Assembly: GCA_963665845.2 (NCBI GenBank) | Contig: OY762492.1 | Span: forward strand, 3,616,001-3,680,000 | DNA: 64,000 nucleotides | Origin: Candidatus Poribacteria bacterium | Lineage (GTDB): Bacteria; Poribacteria; WGA-4E; GCA-2687025 | Reading direction: 5' to 3' | Shown: positions 19,729 to 31,100 of the stretch, piece after piece | Position numbering within the stretch: position 1 is the first letter of the stretch | Layout: every line of letters starts with the position of its first letter | Notes under the pieces: model-generated | The model's database searches: none | What the model was told of the DNA's origin: nothing | What the model saw: the letters and a program-made list of their open reading frames with translations, nothing else | Position numbers and translations under genes: made by a program

Positions 19729-20754
19729 ATGCCGCAATTTGTGCGATTTATGGGAGACAACGGCTTGCCCGCATGGGGCGAAGTCGAACGTTCCGACGCC
19801 GCCGGGCGCGCCTCCGGCGGACTGCTCGCAGAACTCCCCCCTGAACATGACCCCAGCTATTATCCGTCGCTCATGAGAGCGTTAGAAGACGGCGGAGGCG
19901 GCGACCCGTTCCAAGCGGAACCGGGCATGATACTGCCGCCCGTCAGCCGACCGCCTGTCATCCTCGCCATCGGTATGAACTACCAAGACCATCTGGACGA
20001 GGTGAACGAGAAAAACGCGGCGGACGGCAAACCGACCATGCCGCAGCCGACCGAGCCGACCGTCTTTGTGAAGTTTCCCTCCTCCGTCGTTGGACATGAG
20101 GACGCGATCGTGCTGCCGCATATGGCGCCGAGCCGCGTCGACTACGAGGCGGAGCTGGCGGTTGTCATCGGGCGGAAGGTTGTCAACGCGTCGCCCGCCA
20201 ACGCGCTCGACAGCGTCGCCTATTACACCTGCGCGCATGATGTGAGCGCGCGCGACGCGCAGCTGGAAGGTCCCAGCGGGCAATGGTCGCGCGGCAAATC
20301 GTTCGACTCCTTTTGTCCGCTCGGTCCGTATGCGGCGGTCGGCATCAACCCGAATTCGCTTGACATCTCATTCGTCTTGAACGGCGAAGCGGTTCAGTCC
20401 TCCAACACGCAGAATCTCATCTTTGACGTCCCGACGCTCATCTCGTATCTGTCGCACAGCATGACGCTGCTGCCGGGGACGGTCATTTTGACGGGGACGC
20501 CGGGCGGAGTCGGCGCCTTCAAAGATCCGCCCCGTTATCTGCGCCCCGACGACATGTGCCAGGTGACGATTGAGGGGATCGGAACGCTGCGCAACGAGGT
20601 CGCCGCGGACGATTATACGGGCTACACGCCCCCGTCCGCGTTCAAGGGCGAGCCGCCTGCGCCGATTCCGTCGGAGACTCCTCCTCCTGTTGAGGACGAT
20701 CCTGACTTTGATCTGGAGACGGACCTGGATCTTGACCCGGATGAGGATCTGTAG
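19729..20754 (+). CDS. Fumarylacetoacetate hydrolase family protein
   Basis: AIGMNY.DH, P.VFVK, DYEAELAVVIG, DVSARD, W.RGKSFD.F.P.GP, TGTPGGVG; acidic Pro-rich tail. Confidence 0.92.
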   Translation: MPQFVRFMGDNGLPAWGEVERSDAAGRASGGLLAELPPEHDPSYYPSLMRALEDGGGGDPFQAEPGMILPPVSRPPVILAIGMNYQDHLDEVNEKNAADGKPTMPQPTEPTVFVKFPSSVVGHEDAIVLPHMAPSRVDYEAELAVVIGRKVVNASPANALDSVAYYTCAHDVSARDAQLEGPSGQWSRGKSFDSFCPLGPYAAVGINPNSLDISFVLNGEAVQSSNTQNLIFDVPTLISYLSHSMTLLPGTVILTGTPGGVGAFKDPPRYLRPDDMCQVTIEGIGTLRNEVAADDYTGYTPPSAFKGEPPAPIPSETPPPVEDDPDFDLETDLDLDPDEDL

Positions 20755-21946
20755 CGCGGTTTTTTAAAAGGAGCGCCAGCCCAACCGCCGACGCCGCCGC
20801 GATGCAGCCCGCTGTCAAAAACACAACGGAAAGCCCCTGCCTGTCGGCGAGATAACCGCCGATGGGCGGGCCAATCGAATAGCCCAACGCCCATGAAAGC
20901 TGCAACAGCCCCAGCGCGCTTCCCCGCGCGCTGGGAGCCGCATGGTCGGCGATGAGCGCGACGCCGACCGTGAACCCAGAAAAGCTAAGACCCCATAGGG
21001 TCTGCGCGGCGACGATCCACGCGGGCGAATTTGCCCAGCCTATCAAAATCCAGCGAACGGCGCCGGCAAGGGTCGCGCCAATCAAAATCGGTTTGCGCCC
21101 CCATTTGTCAGAGAACCACCCGAGCAGGATGAGCGGCGGAATTTCAAAAGCCGCCTGCAGCGAGACGATGCGCCCGATGGACGCTTTCGTCATCCCGAAC
21201 GTCTCTTCCAGATGGTTCGTAAAAAACTCCATACCCATCGAAGAGCCGACGCTTCCAAACGCAAAGCACACATACAGCGCGACCAGGTTGCGCTGTTTCA
21301 ACACATCGCGCCATGCGCTCCATCCGCGCGTTTCGTTTTCGTTTACGGGCGGATCGCGCAGCGCGCCTCCCGCGCCGATAGCGCAGATCAGATACAGCCC
21401 CGCGATGCAGATGAACGCAACAGCGTAGCTCGGATCGCGCATGACAAGCGGGATCAGAAGCGAACTTCCGAGCGCGTATCCGACGCTCCCGCTGATGCGG
21501 TATTGCCCAAATTGGCGTCCGCGCGCCTTTTCGTCCAGCGTCATTGTAACAAGCGCATTGATGTTCAGATGATAGGCGACGAAACTGGCGGTACCCAAAA
21601 ACACGATGACCGCGAATGTCCAGAACCCGCGCGCGAGCATATACTGAAGCGCGACGGCGCAGGACATCGCAAACCCGGCGAGAACCCATGGGCGCCGCCT
21701 TCCCTGTTTATCGGTTGCCGCGCCAAAAATCGGCGGACAAACAATCATCGCGCTGGCGCGGATAAAGCCGAGCCATCCGATCTGCTCAAAACGCAGGTTG
21801 ATCCAGGACTCGCGGAAGTACAGGCTGCGCAGCGGCATGAGAACGCCCCATGCGAGGTTGTAGACGGCGGTCAAACCCCAGCACACTCGGAAAGCGGCGC
21901 GCCGCCATTCCGATTGAGGCGGGTCTGTTTCAGTCGCGCCGCGCAT
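20642..21946 (-). CDS. MFS transporter
   Basis: About 12 hydrophobic segments; G...DKQGRRR and GWFSDKWGRK motif A; ARGSALG. Confidence 0.88.
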   Translation of the reverse strand: MRGATETDPPQSEWRRAAFRVCWGLTAVYNLAWGVLMPLRSLYFRESWINLRFEQIGWLGFIRASAMIVCPPIFGAATDKQGRRRPWVLAGFAMSCAVALQYMLARGFWTFAVIVFLGTASFVAYHLNINALVTMTLDEKARGRQFGQYRISGSVGYALGSSLLIPLVMRDPSYAVAFICIAGLYLICAIGAGGALRDPPVNENETRGWSAWRDVLKQRNLVALYVCFAFGSVGSSMGMEFFTNHLEETFGMTKASIGRIVSLQAAFEIPPLILLGWFSDKWGRKPILIGATLAGAVRWILIGWANSPAWIVAAQTLWGLSFSGFTVGVALIADHAAPSARGSALGLLQLSWALGYSIGPPIGGYLADRQGLSVVFLTAGCIAAASAVGLALLLKNRATDPHPGQDPGPSPDQSQDRPQQEEESPTESAQAARP

Positions 21947-22922
21947 CAGCCGCTCCTTTTTTTAATGCGGGCGGTCTCCAACGGGAGACGCCCGTGTGAA
22001 TATACCGCGCAAAATGGGCGTTTTTGGGAACCTTGTAGACGCAAACGTCCGCAAAGCCGGCGGCGCGCATCCACGGGCGTATGTCGGCGCCGGCGGCAAT
22101 GACGGCAAACGGGGCGAGCCGCGCCGCGTTCGCCGCAATCGCTTGAAGATTCGCCGCGTCCGCCTGAAGATTCTTGCCGTACGGCAGGTCGGTTACGACA
22201 ACGTCCGCGCGTTGTTGAAGCGTTCGCGCGTCCGCCTGAAACGCCTCCATTTCATACCCGAAATGGCGCGCGTTTTCAAGCGTCATGCCGACCATCTTCG
22301 GGTTCAGGTCGCAGCCGACGGCGCGCATGCCCAGCGACGCCGCCTCCAGCAGTATGGAGCCGGAGCCGCAGCACGGGTCGATGAGCGTCCGCGCGTCCGG
22401 CGCCAGGTTCGCCATCGCCCGCGCCAATCGAGGCGGCAGCGAGCTGGACATGCTGCGCGGCTTCTGTTGATGCGTTTCATAGGATCGATTCGGCTCCGTT
22501 TCAATGCGTCCAAATAAAACCGACCCGCCCATCGCCGCAAGCAGAAACCGTTCAGACGGGTTGGAAAGATGAGGACTGCCGTCGATGGCGTTCGCGGCGG
22601 CGGAGACCGCTTCCATTGTTTTTAAAGGCGCGTCAGGATTCAGCCGTCGAAACTCGATACGGAACCTGTCCGCGCGAAAGGAGCAGGCGCGCAGATGTCG
22701 GCACAGCGCGTCCATATCGTCCGCTTCAGCGACGACGCGAACGCCGTAGCGCAAATAGGCGGCGCGCGTCAGACGGCTGATGTCCGCGTTTCGGGCGACC
22801 GCATGCGTTAAGGCGCGGTCGGGCATGGCGCCGGTCAAAGCGGCGCATTCGGCGGCGACCAGCTCATTGTCCCGCTCGCCGACGCATACGGCGGCGCATT
22901 CCGACTCAACAGACGAATTCAA
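21930..22922 (-). CDS. SAM-dependent methyltransferase, Trm11/UPF0020-like (putative RNA MTase)
   Basis: SLPPRLARAMANL, DPCCGSGSILLEA, VVTDLPYG. Confidence 0.75.
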   Translation of the reverse strand: MNSSVESECAAVCVGERDNELVAAECAALTGAMPDRALTHAVARNADISRLTRAAYLRYGVRVVAEADDMDALCRHLRACSFRADRFRIEFRRLNPDAPLKTMEAVSAAANAIDGSPHLSNPSERFLLAAMGGSVLFGRIETEPNRSYETHQQKPRSMSSSLPPRLARAMANLAPDARTLIDPCCGSGSILLEAASLGMRAVGCDLNPKMVGMTLENARHFGYEMEAFQADARTLQQRADVVVTDLPYGKNLQADAANLQAIAANAARLAPFAVIAAGADIRPWMRAAGFADVCVYKVPKNAHFARYIHTGVSRWRPPALKKGAADARRD

Positions 22923-22940
22923 TCGGCTCTATCGATCTCG

Positions 22941-23873
22941 TCAAAAGCTCATCACAAGCGAGATGCGGTGCGCGTCGCCGACCCCGTCCTCCGGCACAAA
23001 GGCGTAATCGATCTGCAGCCCCGCGTTCTCCAGCGGCGCGGAGCCGACCGACTTCAGTCCGATGCCGGCGCTGAATCCTTTTGCGGGATTTTCACCCTCT
23101 ACAATGCGGTATCCGCCGCGCAGCGCGATCTGATCAAAAAACCAGTGTTCAATGCCGAGGCGCACGCTTGTATAGTCGCCGCTCGGAACGGCGATGTCCG
23201 CCGCCAATGTGGGTCCTTCCGGGGAGATCATGGCGGATATGCCCGCTCGGAATGTTGTCGGCAGGTCGGCGTCGCCGAGAGCCGGTCCGAGGCTCAACGC
23301 GCTGGCGCCGATCGAGACGCGATGGATGCGGTACACGGCGCCGAAGTCGAAGGCGGGGCCGGCATTCGTTTCAACATCGAACCGCTGCTGAATGCCTTTC
23401 GCTGTCGCCCCGACGGAGAGGTTGCCAAACGCATGCGCATAACCGACGCTGAACGCAAATTCGCCGGGCGTGAATCTGGAGTCAGGCTCAATGGTGTCGC
23501 CGGCGCGCCGTTCGATCTCTCCAAAGACGCCTTGAAAGGCGACCCCGAAAGCGCCCCCGTTCGACAACTTTTGCGCATAGGCGGCGGAGCTGTGGTTGAC
23601 GCCGCCGAACGACATATTGTAGGTGGCGGCGAGCTGCTTGTTCTCGATCATGGACAGACCGCCGGGGTTCCAGAACATGCCGTCGACATCGTCCGCGAGA
23701 CCTGTATAGGCTCCCGCGAGCGCGGCGGCGCGTCCGCCCGATTCCATATTCAAAAAGGCGGCGGCGCGCGTCCCGGCGTCGTCATGCGCCGCGGATTGAG
23801 CGCCCGCTGTCGACGCGGCGCAGAATACCGCAGCGGCGGCAAGGAGCGCCAGCGGGGCTTGGTAAAGTTTCAT
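22941..23873 (-). CDS. PorV/PorQ-like outer-membrane beta-barrel (FadL superfamily)
   Basis: Signal peptide; FL....GRAAALAGA.T.LADD....FWNPGGL hatch motif; LPTTFRAG, LGIE.W...ALRGGY; ends HRISLVMSF (terminal Phe). Confidence 0.8.
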   Translation of the reverse strand: MKLYQAPLALLAAAAVFCAASTAGAQSAAHDDAGTRAAAFLNMESGGRAAALAGAYTGLADDVDGMFWNPGGLSMIENKQLAATYNMSFGGVNHSSAAYAQKLSNGGAFGVAFQGVFGEIERRAGDTIEPDSRFTPGEFAFSVGYAHAFGNLSVGATAKGIQQRFDVETNAGPAFDFGAVYRIHRVSIGASALSLGPALGDADLPTTFRAGISAMISPEGPTLAADIAVPSGDYTSVRLGIEHWFFDQIALRGGYRIVEGENPAKGFSAGIGLKSVGSAPLENAGLQIDYAFVPEDGVGDAHRISLVMSF

Positions 23874-25156
23874 TTCGTGTCGTCTCCGTTGCGTTTAGAG
23901 TTTGAAGAAGATTGTTCATTGCGCCGCTGTTGATCCAGCGCGTCCTTCATCGCGCGCCATCTTTCAGGTTCACTGGGGCGGAAGACCCTGCCGGACGCTT
24001 CCCAATCAGAATGCTGATGCCGGCTGTCGGCGTCAAGGCTGCAGTATCGAAACGCTTCGCCGCAGGTTTTCCCTAGGATGCCGACGCTTTCTTGGCAGAT
24101 GCGCTCTCGATGCCATTCAATATGACGCATACCGTCCGGCCAGCAGCGGTAGATCGCCACCCCGCACCCTGGGATCGTTCCGTCGTTCGGACATACGGCG
24201 GACTGCAGGCTGCCGTCGCTAAGGCGGATGTTCACCGTGTGATCTGTGTACGCTTTCAACGTACTGTCGCAACCGGGACAGGCGACAAATGCATCGGGCT
24301 TTTTCGGCGCTAACTTGTCCGACACAACGATCGGTTCCAGCAGAGTCACTTTAAAGGAGCCGCTTAGTTTCGCCTCAACATCCTCGACGCGCTCCTCCGA
24401 CAAGTAATGCCATGCCCATTTGACGGCTTCTGTTTCGCCGTAACCTTGATGCGTCCCCCATACTCCCCACACGGTCGGCCAGCGTTTCGATTCGAATTCC
24501 TCTTCCAACTGCTTTTTGGAACCGTAGGCAAAGCGTATAGCCGCCGTACGAACAACTCCATCGCCTGCTAATTCCACAGTCCCGGAACGAATCTGCGATT
24601 CAAGCCCGCTGTTTTGAACGGGATGATAGGTTTCAAGAGAGGACGCCCGATAACCCTTCGGAAACGAATAGATCGCCGTATTCATAGTCGCTGTGGAAAC
24701 CGGAGCCTCAACCGGTTCCGTAACGGCCGTAGGCTTCTTTTTTTGATGTCGGAATTCGCCCACCTCCCATGTTTTGGTGGTCCCTCCGCTTGTTGCGGGT
24801 TGCATCTTCAGGCGGACTTTGCCCATCCCTGTTGCCAGCGCTTTCAACGTGTAGCGGGTTACTCTCGGCGGAGCGTCGCTTTCCTCCCATGGGTCTTCGG
24901 GGGTTTTTCGATACTCCCACCGCTCGGCGTGGATCGGGCGTTTTCCGACCGGCGCGCCGTTGTCGATGACGGTCAATTGCCCGCGGAATTCGCTCCCGGC
25001 GGGGGGATTCGTTTCGATCCAGAGTTTTGAGATATTCACCTTCTCGGTCTTGCGCTCTAGATCGCCGTCGTAACCCTCGCCCCCGCCGATGATCCGCCAA
25101 ACCGCCAGGCTCAATACGACCGCCGCAGCGATGCCGCCGTACATCTTTTTTCTCAT
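23870..25156 (-). CDS. Membrane-anchored or secreted hypothetical protein with a Cys/His-rich C-terminal domain
   Basis: N-terminal hydrophobic helix; CPGC...H...C...GC...RC...H..WH...C...CG..FRYC...H.H; ATGA overlap with the PorV-like gene. Confidence 0.7.
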   Translation of the reverse strand: MRKKMYGGIAAAVVLSLAVWRIIGGGEGYDGDLERKTEKVNISKLWIETNPPAGSEFRGQLTVIDNGAPVGKRPIHAERWEYRKTPEDPWEESDAPPRVTRYTLKALATGMGKVRLKMQPATSGGTTKTWEVGEFRHQKKKPTAVTEPVEAPVSTATMNTAIYSFPKGYRASSLETYHPVQNSGLESQIRSGTVELAGDGVVRTAAIRFAYGSKKQLEEEFESKRWPTVWGVWGTHQGYGETEAVKWAWHYLSEERVEDVEAKLSGSFKVTLLEPIVVSDKLAPKKPDAFVACPGCDSTLKAYTDHTVNIRLSDGSLQSAVCPNDGTIPGCGVAIYRCWPDGMRHIEWHRERICQESVGILGKTCGEAFRYCSLDADSRHQHSDWEASGRVFRPSEPERWRAMKDALDQQRRNEQSSSNSKRNGDDTK

Positions 25157-25174
25157 GGCAGCTCTCTCGCCATG

Positions 25175-28100
25175 TTATTTCACCACCAGCATGCGCCCCA
25201 TCTTGCGGAAGACGCTCTGCCCGTCGTCGATTTCCAGCCTGAACACATAGAGACCGCTGGCGACCGCCTGCCCCCCGTCGTTGCGCAGATTCCATGTGGC
25301 AGACTGGCTGTTCGCCTGCCGCTCCCGCTCCGCCTGACCCGACGCGCGGTACACCAACGCCCCCGCGACGGTATAGACGCTCAACCGCCATTCCGCCTGG
25401 TCCGCTTGGTTCGTTTCAAACGAGAAATGCGCCGTGTCGCCTCGGCTTCGGCTCAACGGGTTCGGCCAAACATAGACAGGACCCTTGAACGCGAGCGCCG
25501 TTGTGAACTCATACATCCCCGCGTCCACGACGGCGGAATTCCCCGCCCTGTCGGTCACGCGCACCAGAACGCGGTAGGTTCCCGAACGGCTCGGCAGGAA
25601 GTCGGACGACCATTGCGACCACGGGTTCTGCGCGTCGGGGCTGTCATCCTCCGCCGCTTCCCATTCCAGCTCTTCGCCGTCCGGCCCGACGCCTCCAATC
25701 TCCACCAGCGCGACGCCGGACGCCGGCACAGGCGGGCTGCCTTCGCCGCCCTGCTGCGGCTCGTCCAGCGCGGTTCCGGTCAGATGCGCAGGCTCGCTTT
25801 CAAAAATAGCGTTCCCAGGCGAACTGGTCACCGCCGCCGTCGGCGCCGTCTTTTCATACAGGAACGACGCGCCCAAAACGCTCTCCGGCTGAACGCCTAG
25901 ACTGCTGAAATCGATGCCGACCGCCGTGACGGAGACGGCGTACACCCCCTCCCGCGTCAGCGGACCCGATTCAAACACCAGCCTGTCCAGATTGTTCTGT
26001 CGAAGCGTCCCGTCCACCTGCGAGCCGTCCGGCGCTGTAACAACGATGCCGGAACGCGCCAGGTCGACCCCGGCGCTCTCGTCCGTTACGGTGACCGCGA
26101 TTTCAACGCCCGTCTCTGAATTGACGCTGGTTGGATAACCCATTTCGTTCGCGTCCGTGACGATCGTCAAGCCGTTCACCGTGAGCGAACCTGCGTCGAT
26201 CGCAGGCGCCGTCAAATCCACAAGGAACTGGTACGAGACATCCGCTTCGTTCCCTGCCTTGTCAACCGCGCGGATGTTCAGCGTATAGATCCCGTCCTCC
26301 GACCCGTCGCTCGCAAGCGGCGTCAGGAAGACCAGCTGCAGAGTTTGAAGCAGGCTGCTTCCGGTCACGGTACCAGCCACCGTCTCGCCGTCTGCGTTTT
26401 CAAGCGACATCCATGTCTCGTCCACATTCTCCCAGTCGACCCCGGCGGTATCGTCCAGGACATTCACATAGAAGCCGGCGATGGCGTCGCCCGACTGCTG
26501 AAACTCGCTCTGCGGGAAGTAGGTGCCGATGGAGGAGAGTATCTCCGGCGGCTGCGAATCGTAGACAAAGGCGAAGGTCTGCGTCGTCCCTTGAATGCCC
26601 GCCGCGTTCGCCGGCGTGACCTCAATCTGATAGGTTCCGTCGTCGGAGCCGTCGTCGCGCAAAGCTCGCCCCAGCGTCAGAACCAGCGTGTTGCCGCCGC
26701 GCGAACTTTGAACCCCTGAAACGGGGTTGCCCTGCGGATCGATCAGCCGTATCGTGGAGACTCCAGGGGCGGTGGAGATGCCGCTGCCGGGCGCCTCGCG
26801 CAGAAGCGCCGACACCTCGGCCAGCCCGATCTCGGCGTACGCCGTCTCCGCAAGCCGCGTGTCTGGAACCGTCTGAATGACGGTCGGCGTGTTTGAGGCG
26901 TTGTAGAACCGCAGCTCAATGAGCCGCCGGTTGCCCGCCCTGTCAACCAGCTCCGCCGACAAGACATAGTCGCCGACCTCGGTCAAGATTTTTTCAAACG
27001 TGAATTGAACGGTCGAATTCTCGCCGTCGATGGAGACGCCTGTCGTTCCCGGTATCGACGCGCCGCTGGGCGATGTGAGCGTCATTGAGGCCGCGGCGGG
27101 ATCGATCCCGCTCACCGAATCGCGCACTTGAAGCGCGATCTGGCGCGCCGTCGGGTCGATAACGGAGCCGTCGGCGGGGGTAGAAGCGGTCAGCGCAGGC
27201 GGCTGCGTGTCATACACAACGGCGCTGCCCATGCGCAGCGCGTTCCCCGCCCGGTCCGCCGCTTCGATCTCCAGCGTATAGACGCCGTCGCCGCTTCCGT
27301 TGGTCGGCAGCGGATTGTTCAGCTGCAGGCGCATGACGCCGTTTTCGTTGTAGGAGGCTTCGCTTGGAACTTCGCCGCCGCTTGGAGCCATCAACCGAAT
27401 CGCCATCGCTCCCGCCTCCAAGCCGGCAGGTCCGACATCGACAACAGACGCTTCCAGAACGGAGAAGGATGCGCTCACATAGTTGGTCGGCAGCGCCGCA
27501 TCCACCGGGCTGGACGAGGCAACGCGCGGCGCCTGCGTGTCCAATATAAACGTATGGGTCAAGGCGGGGCTGGCGCGTCCGCCCATGTCGACCGCCGCGG
27601 CGGAGACGGTGTAGGTTCCGTCGTCGGAGCCGTCTGTTCGGAGCGGTATCGCCGGCGTCCAGATGAGCGCGTTCCCGTCCGTTGTTAAGACGCCGCTGAC
27701 GCCGCCGCGCGGTCCGGTTACCTGTAGACTGGAGCCTTCGTCGGTGAAGTCCAGTCCGACGCCGCCGCGGTCTTCAAAGTCGGCGCGCGCTTCGGTCAAC
27801 GCGCTCGCATACGGCGGAGGCGCCGCGCCGTTGACGCTCAACCCGACCACAGACGGACCGCTCAACCGGACGGTGAACGGCGTCAACGCCGCCTCCGACA
27901 TGACATTCCCCGCCTTGTCCGCCAAAACTGCGGAAAGGGTGTAGACGCCGTTCGTTTTCAGCGCGGGAAATACCAGTTCAACCGAGTTCCCGTCCTCCGT
28001 TTTTTGTAAAGGTATGGAGCCGCCCGGACCGCTCAACGCGAACGACGACGCGGACATATCCACCCCGACCCCCTCCCCGTCGGTCAAGGTCAACTGAATG

Positions 28101-31100
28101 CTGTTGATGGGCGCGTTCAGCTCCTCGTCAAACGCGACCGACGAGGACGCGACCGTCGGATGCTGCGTGTCCAGCGTGAACGGACGCGCCAGCGCGAAAG
28201 TATGCCCTGCCCGGTCGGCGGCCGTCATCTGCGCTACATAGGCGCCGTCGCTGGAGCCGTCGTCTGCGAAAGGCTCGGCGGCCGTCCAGATGATCGTCCC
28301 GGAGCCGTCGTCTGTGCGGACGCCTGCCACTTCCGCTCCGTCGCTGTCAAAAACGGCGATGGAGGAGGCGCTGAGGTCGACGCCGGAGGCAGCGTCCGCA
28401 AGCGTGACGCTGATGACCGTCAGCGGCGAGTTCAGATAGCCTAAGCTGGTCAACAGCTCCAGCGGCAGCGCCGATGTAACGCGCGGCGCCTGCGTGTCCA
28501 GTATAAACGTGTACGATTCGGTCGGGCTGGTTTGCCCCGTTAGATCGACCGCCAAGGCGGAGACGGTGTAGGTTCCGTCGTCAAGACCGTTCTCGCGGAT
28601 CGGAACGTCGGGCGTCCATGTGAGCGCGTCGCCGTTCTGGGTTAAGGTTCCGTTCACCTCGCCGCGCGGGCCGGCCGCCTGTATGCGCGTCGCGCCGTCT
28701 GAAAAGTCCAGCCCCGCGCCGCTTCGGTCGGCGAAGACGGCGCCGACTTCAGTTAAAGAAGTTGCGTAGGATGAAGGCGCCGCCCCGTTCACCGTGACGC
28801 TGACGACAACGGGACCATCCAAGGTCACTGTAAAGGGCGTCAGCTCCGCTTCGGACATCGCATTGCCCGCCTCGTCGCTCAACCGAACCGAAAGCGTGTA
28901 GCCGCCGTTCTCATTGATTTCTGGGAAAACAAGCGTCAAGGTTTCGCCATCGAACGACTTCTGAAGCGGAATGGAACCGCCCGGACCGCTCAACGCAATC
29001 TGCGATGCGGACAGATCGACTCCGACGCCTTCGCCGTCGCTCAAGGTCAGCTGAACGCTGTTGATCGGAGAGGTCAGCTCCTCATCAAACGCAAGAGACG
29101 AGGAGACGACGGACGGCGCCTGCGTGTCCAGTATAAACGTATGGGACAAGATCGCGCTGGTTCGTCCGCGCTTGTCTACAGCCGAGGCGGAAACCGTATA
29201 AGAGCCGTCCGCGTCGATAATGCCGGTCGGCCGCCAGACGAGTCCCGAACCTTCCTCCTGGATAAAGCCGGTCACTGCGCCGTTCGGACCGTTGACAACA
29301 AGGCTGCTGCCGCCGTCGGTGAAGTCCAGCCCGACGCCGCCGCGGTCCGCAAACTGCGCCTGCGCTTCTGTTAAAGAGGAAACATACGCCGAGGGCGGCG
29401 CGCCGTTGATCGTCAAGCTGACCACCGCCGGACCGTCCAGCGTTACCGTAAAGGGCGTCAGCGCGGCTTCAGACATCGCATTGCCCGCCTCGTCGCTCAA
29501 CTGAACAGAAAGCGTGTAGCTGCCGTTCTCATTGATCTCTGGGAAAACAAGCGTCAAGGTTTCGCCGTCGAACGACTTCTGCAGCGGAATGGAACCGCCC
29601 GGACCGCTCAACGCAATCTGCGACGCCGACAAGTCAACCCCGACGCCGTCGCCGTCGCTCAAGGTCAACTGAACGCTGTTGATGGGGGAGGTCAGCTCTT
29701 CATCGAACGCGATAGACGAGGCGACGACGGACGGCGTCTGCGTGTCAAGCGCGAAAGGGCGCCTCATGGAGGCGGTAAGTCCGGCGCGGTCAACCGTGTT
29801 GACATGAAGAGTATAACGCCCGTCCGGAAGCGGCGCCGCCGCCGTCCACACAAGACCGCCGACTCCGTCGTCCGTTTGGACGCCCCGCATAGATTTGCCT
29901 TCGCTGTTGAAGACGCGAATCGATGAGGCGGACAGGTCAACTCCGGAGGAGGCGTCGCTGATCTGGACGGAGGCTTCTATGAACTCGAAGCTCACATAGC
30001 CGCCCGCGCTGAAAACGTTTGCGGGCTGAAGTCCGCTGATGCGCGGCGCCTGCGTGTCCATCGTGAACGAGTATTGCAGCGTCGGACCGGCGACGCCCCC
30101 TGGATACACAGGGGTTATGCGCACAGTATAGTCGCCGTCGTCTCGTCCGTCCGACGCCAGCGGCGTTTCAAGGGTCAGCGTCAACCTGTCAAAGGCAAAA
30201 GAATCGGAGCCGGCGACCGGCTCTCCGTTCGGCCCGATCAGCTCCATGGTGGAATCGTAGGTGGCGCCGCTCAGCTCTGCGACTACCGAAGAGAGCGAAC
30301 GCACATAGCTGCGGTGCGCAGGCTGAACGTTGGTGACGATCTTTTCCGCCTGCCGTATTTCAAAGACGGTTTGGGTCGGCGCGCTCACGTTGCCGGCTCG
30401 GTCGCGCAGCGTTGTTTCGATGCGGTATCGTCCATAGGCGGTGAGCCGATCCGTTGAAAGAGTAAAGATGCCCGATCCGTCATACTGTACCAGAGCCGGC
30501 AGGACCGCGTCGCCCGGCCCGATCACCTGTATTGTTGAGGCGTCAAAGTCGATGCCGCTGCCCTCGTCTAAAACGGAGATCGAAGCAATCAGCGGATACG
30601 ATATGTCCAAGATCGCTCCGTGCGCCAGCGACACCGACAGGATCGACGGCGCCGTGGTGTCCAGCGTGAAGCTTGTCTCGATGACGGAGGCTACGCCCTG
30701 TTTGTTTTCAACGTAAATAGAGACCGCATAGACGCCGTCGGCGGAGCCGTTGTTGGGAGCGGGGGCGTCCGCGGTGAACGCAATCGTCTGCGCGTTGTCA
30801 TGCGAGGCGCGCCCTGCCGCCGGCTGCCCATTGGGGTCGGCGACCGATATTTGAAGCGTGTCGAAGTTGATGCCGGAGCCGCTGTCGTCGCCCAGCTGCG
30901 CGGTGAACTGCGACCAGCGGTTCACATACGCCCCGTCGGCCGGTTCCGAAAGCGCCAAATACGGCTTTCGATTAGCGAGAGTGAACTCGCGCGTTTCGCT
31001 GACCGAATTCCCAGCGCGATCCACCAAGTCCCACACAACACGGTAGGTTCCGTCGTCCGTTCCGTCCGCGCGCAGAGGGGCAAACTCAAGCCGAAGCGAC

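Noticed and set aside
25266-25282. GCCTGCCCCCCG resembling the end of the 24-bp mini-element
   Set aside because: There is no complementary arm, and it encodes the expected NDGGQAVASG segment of the C-terminal domain.
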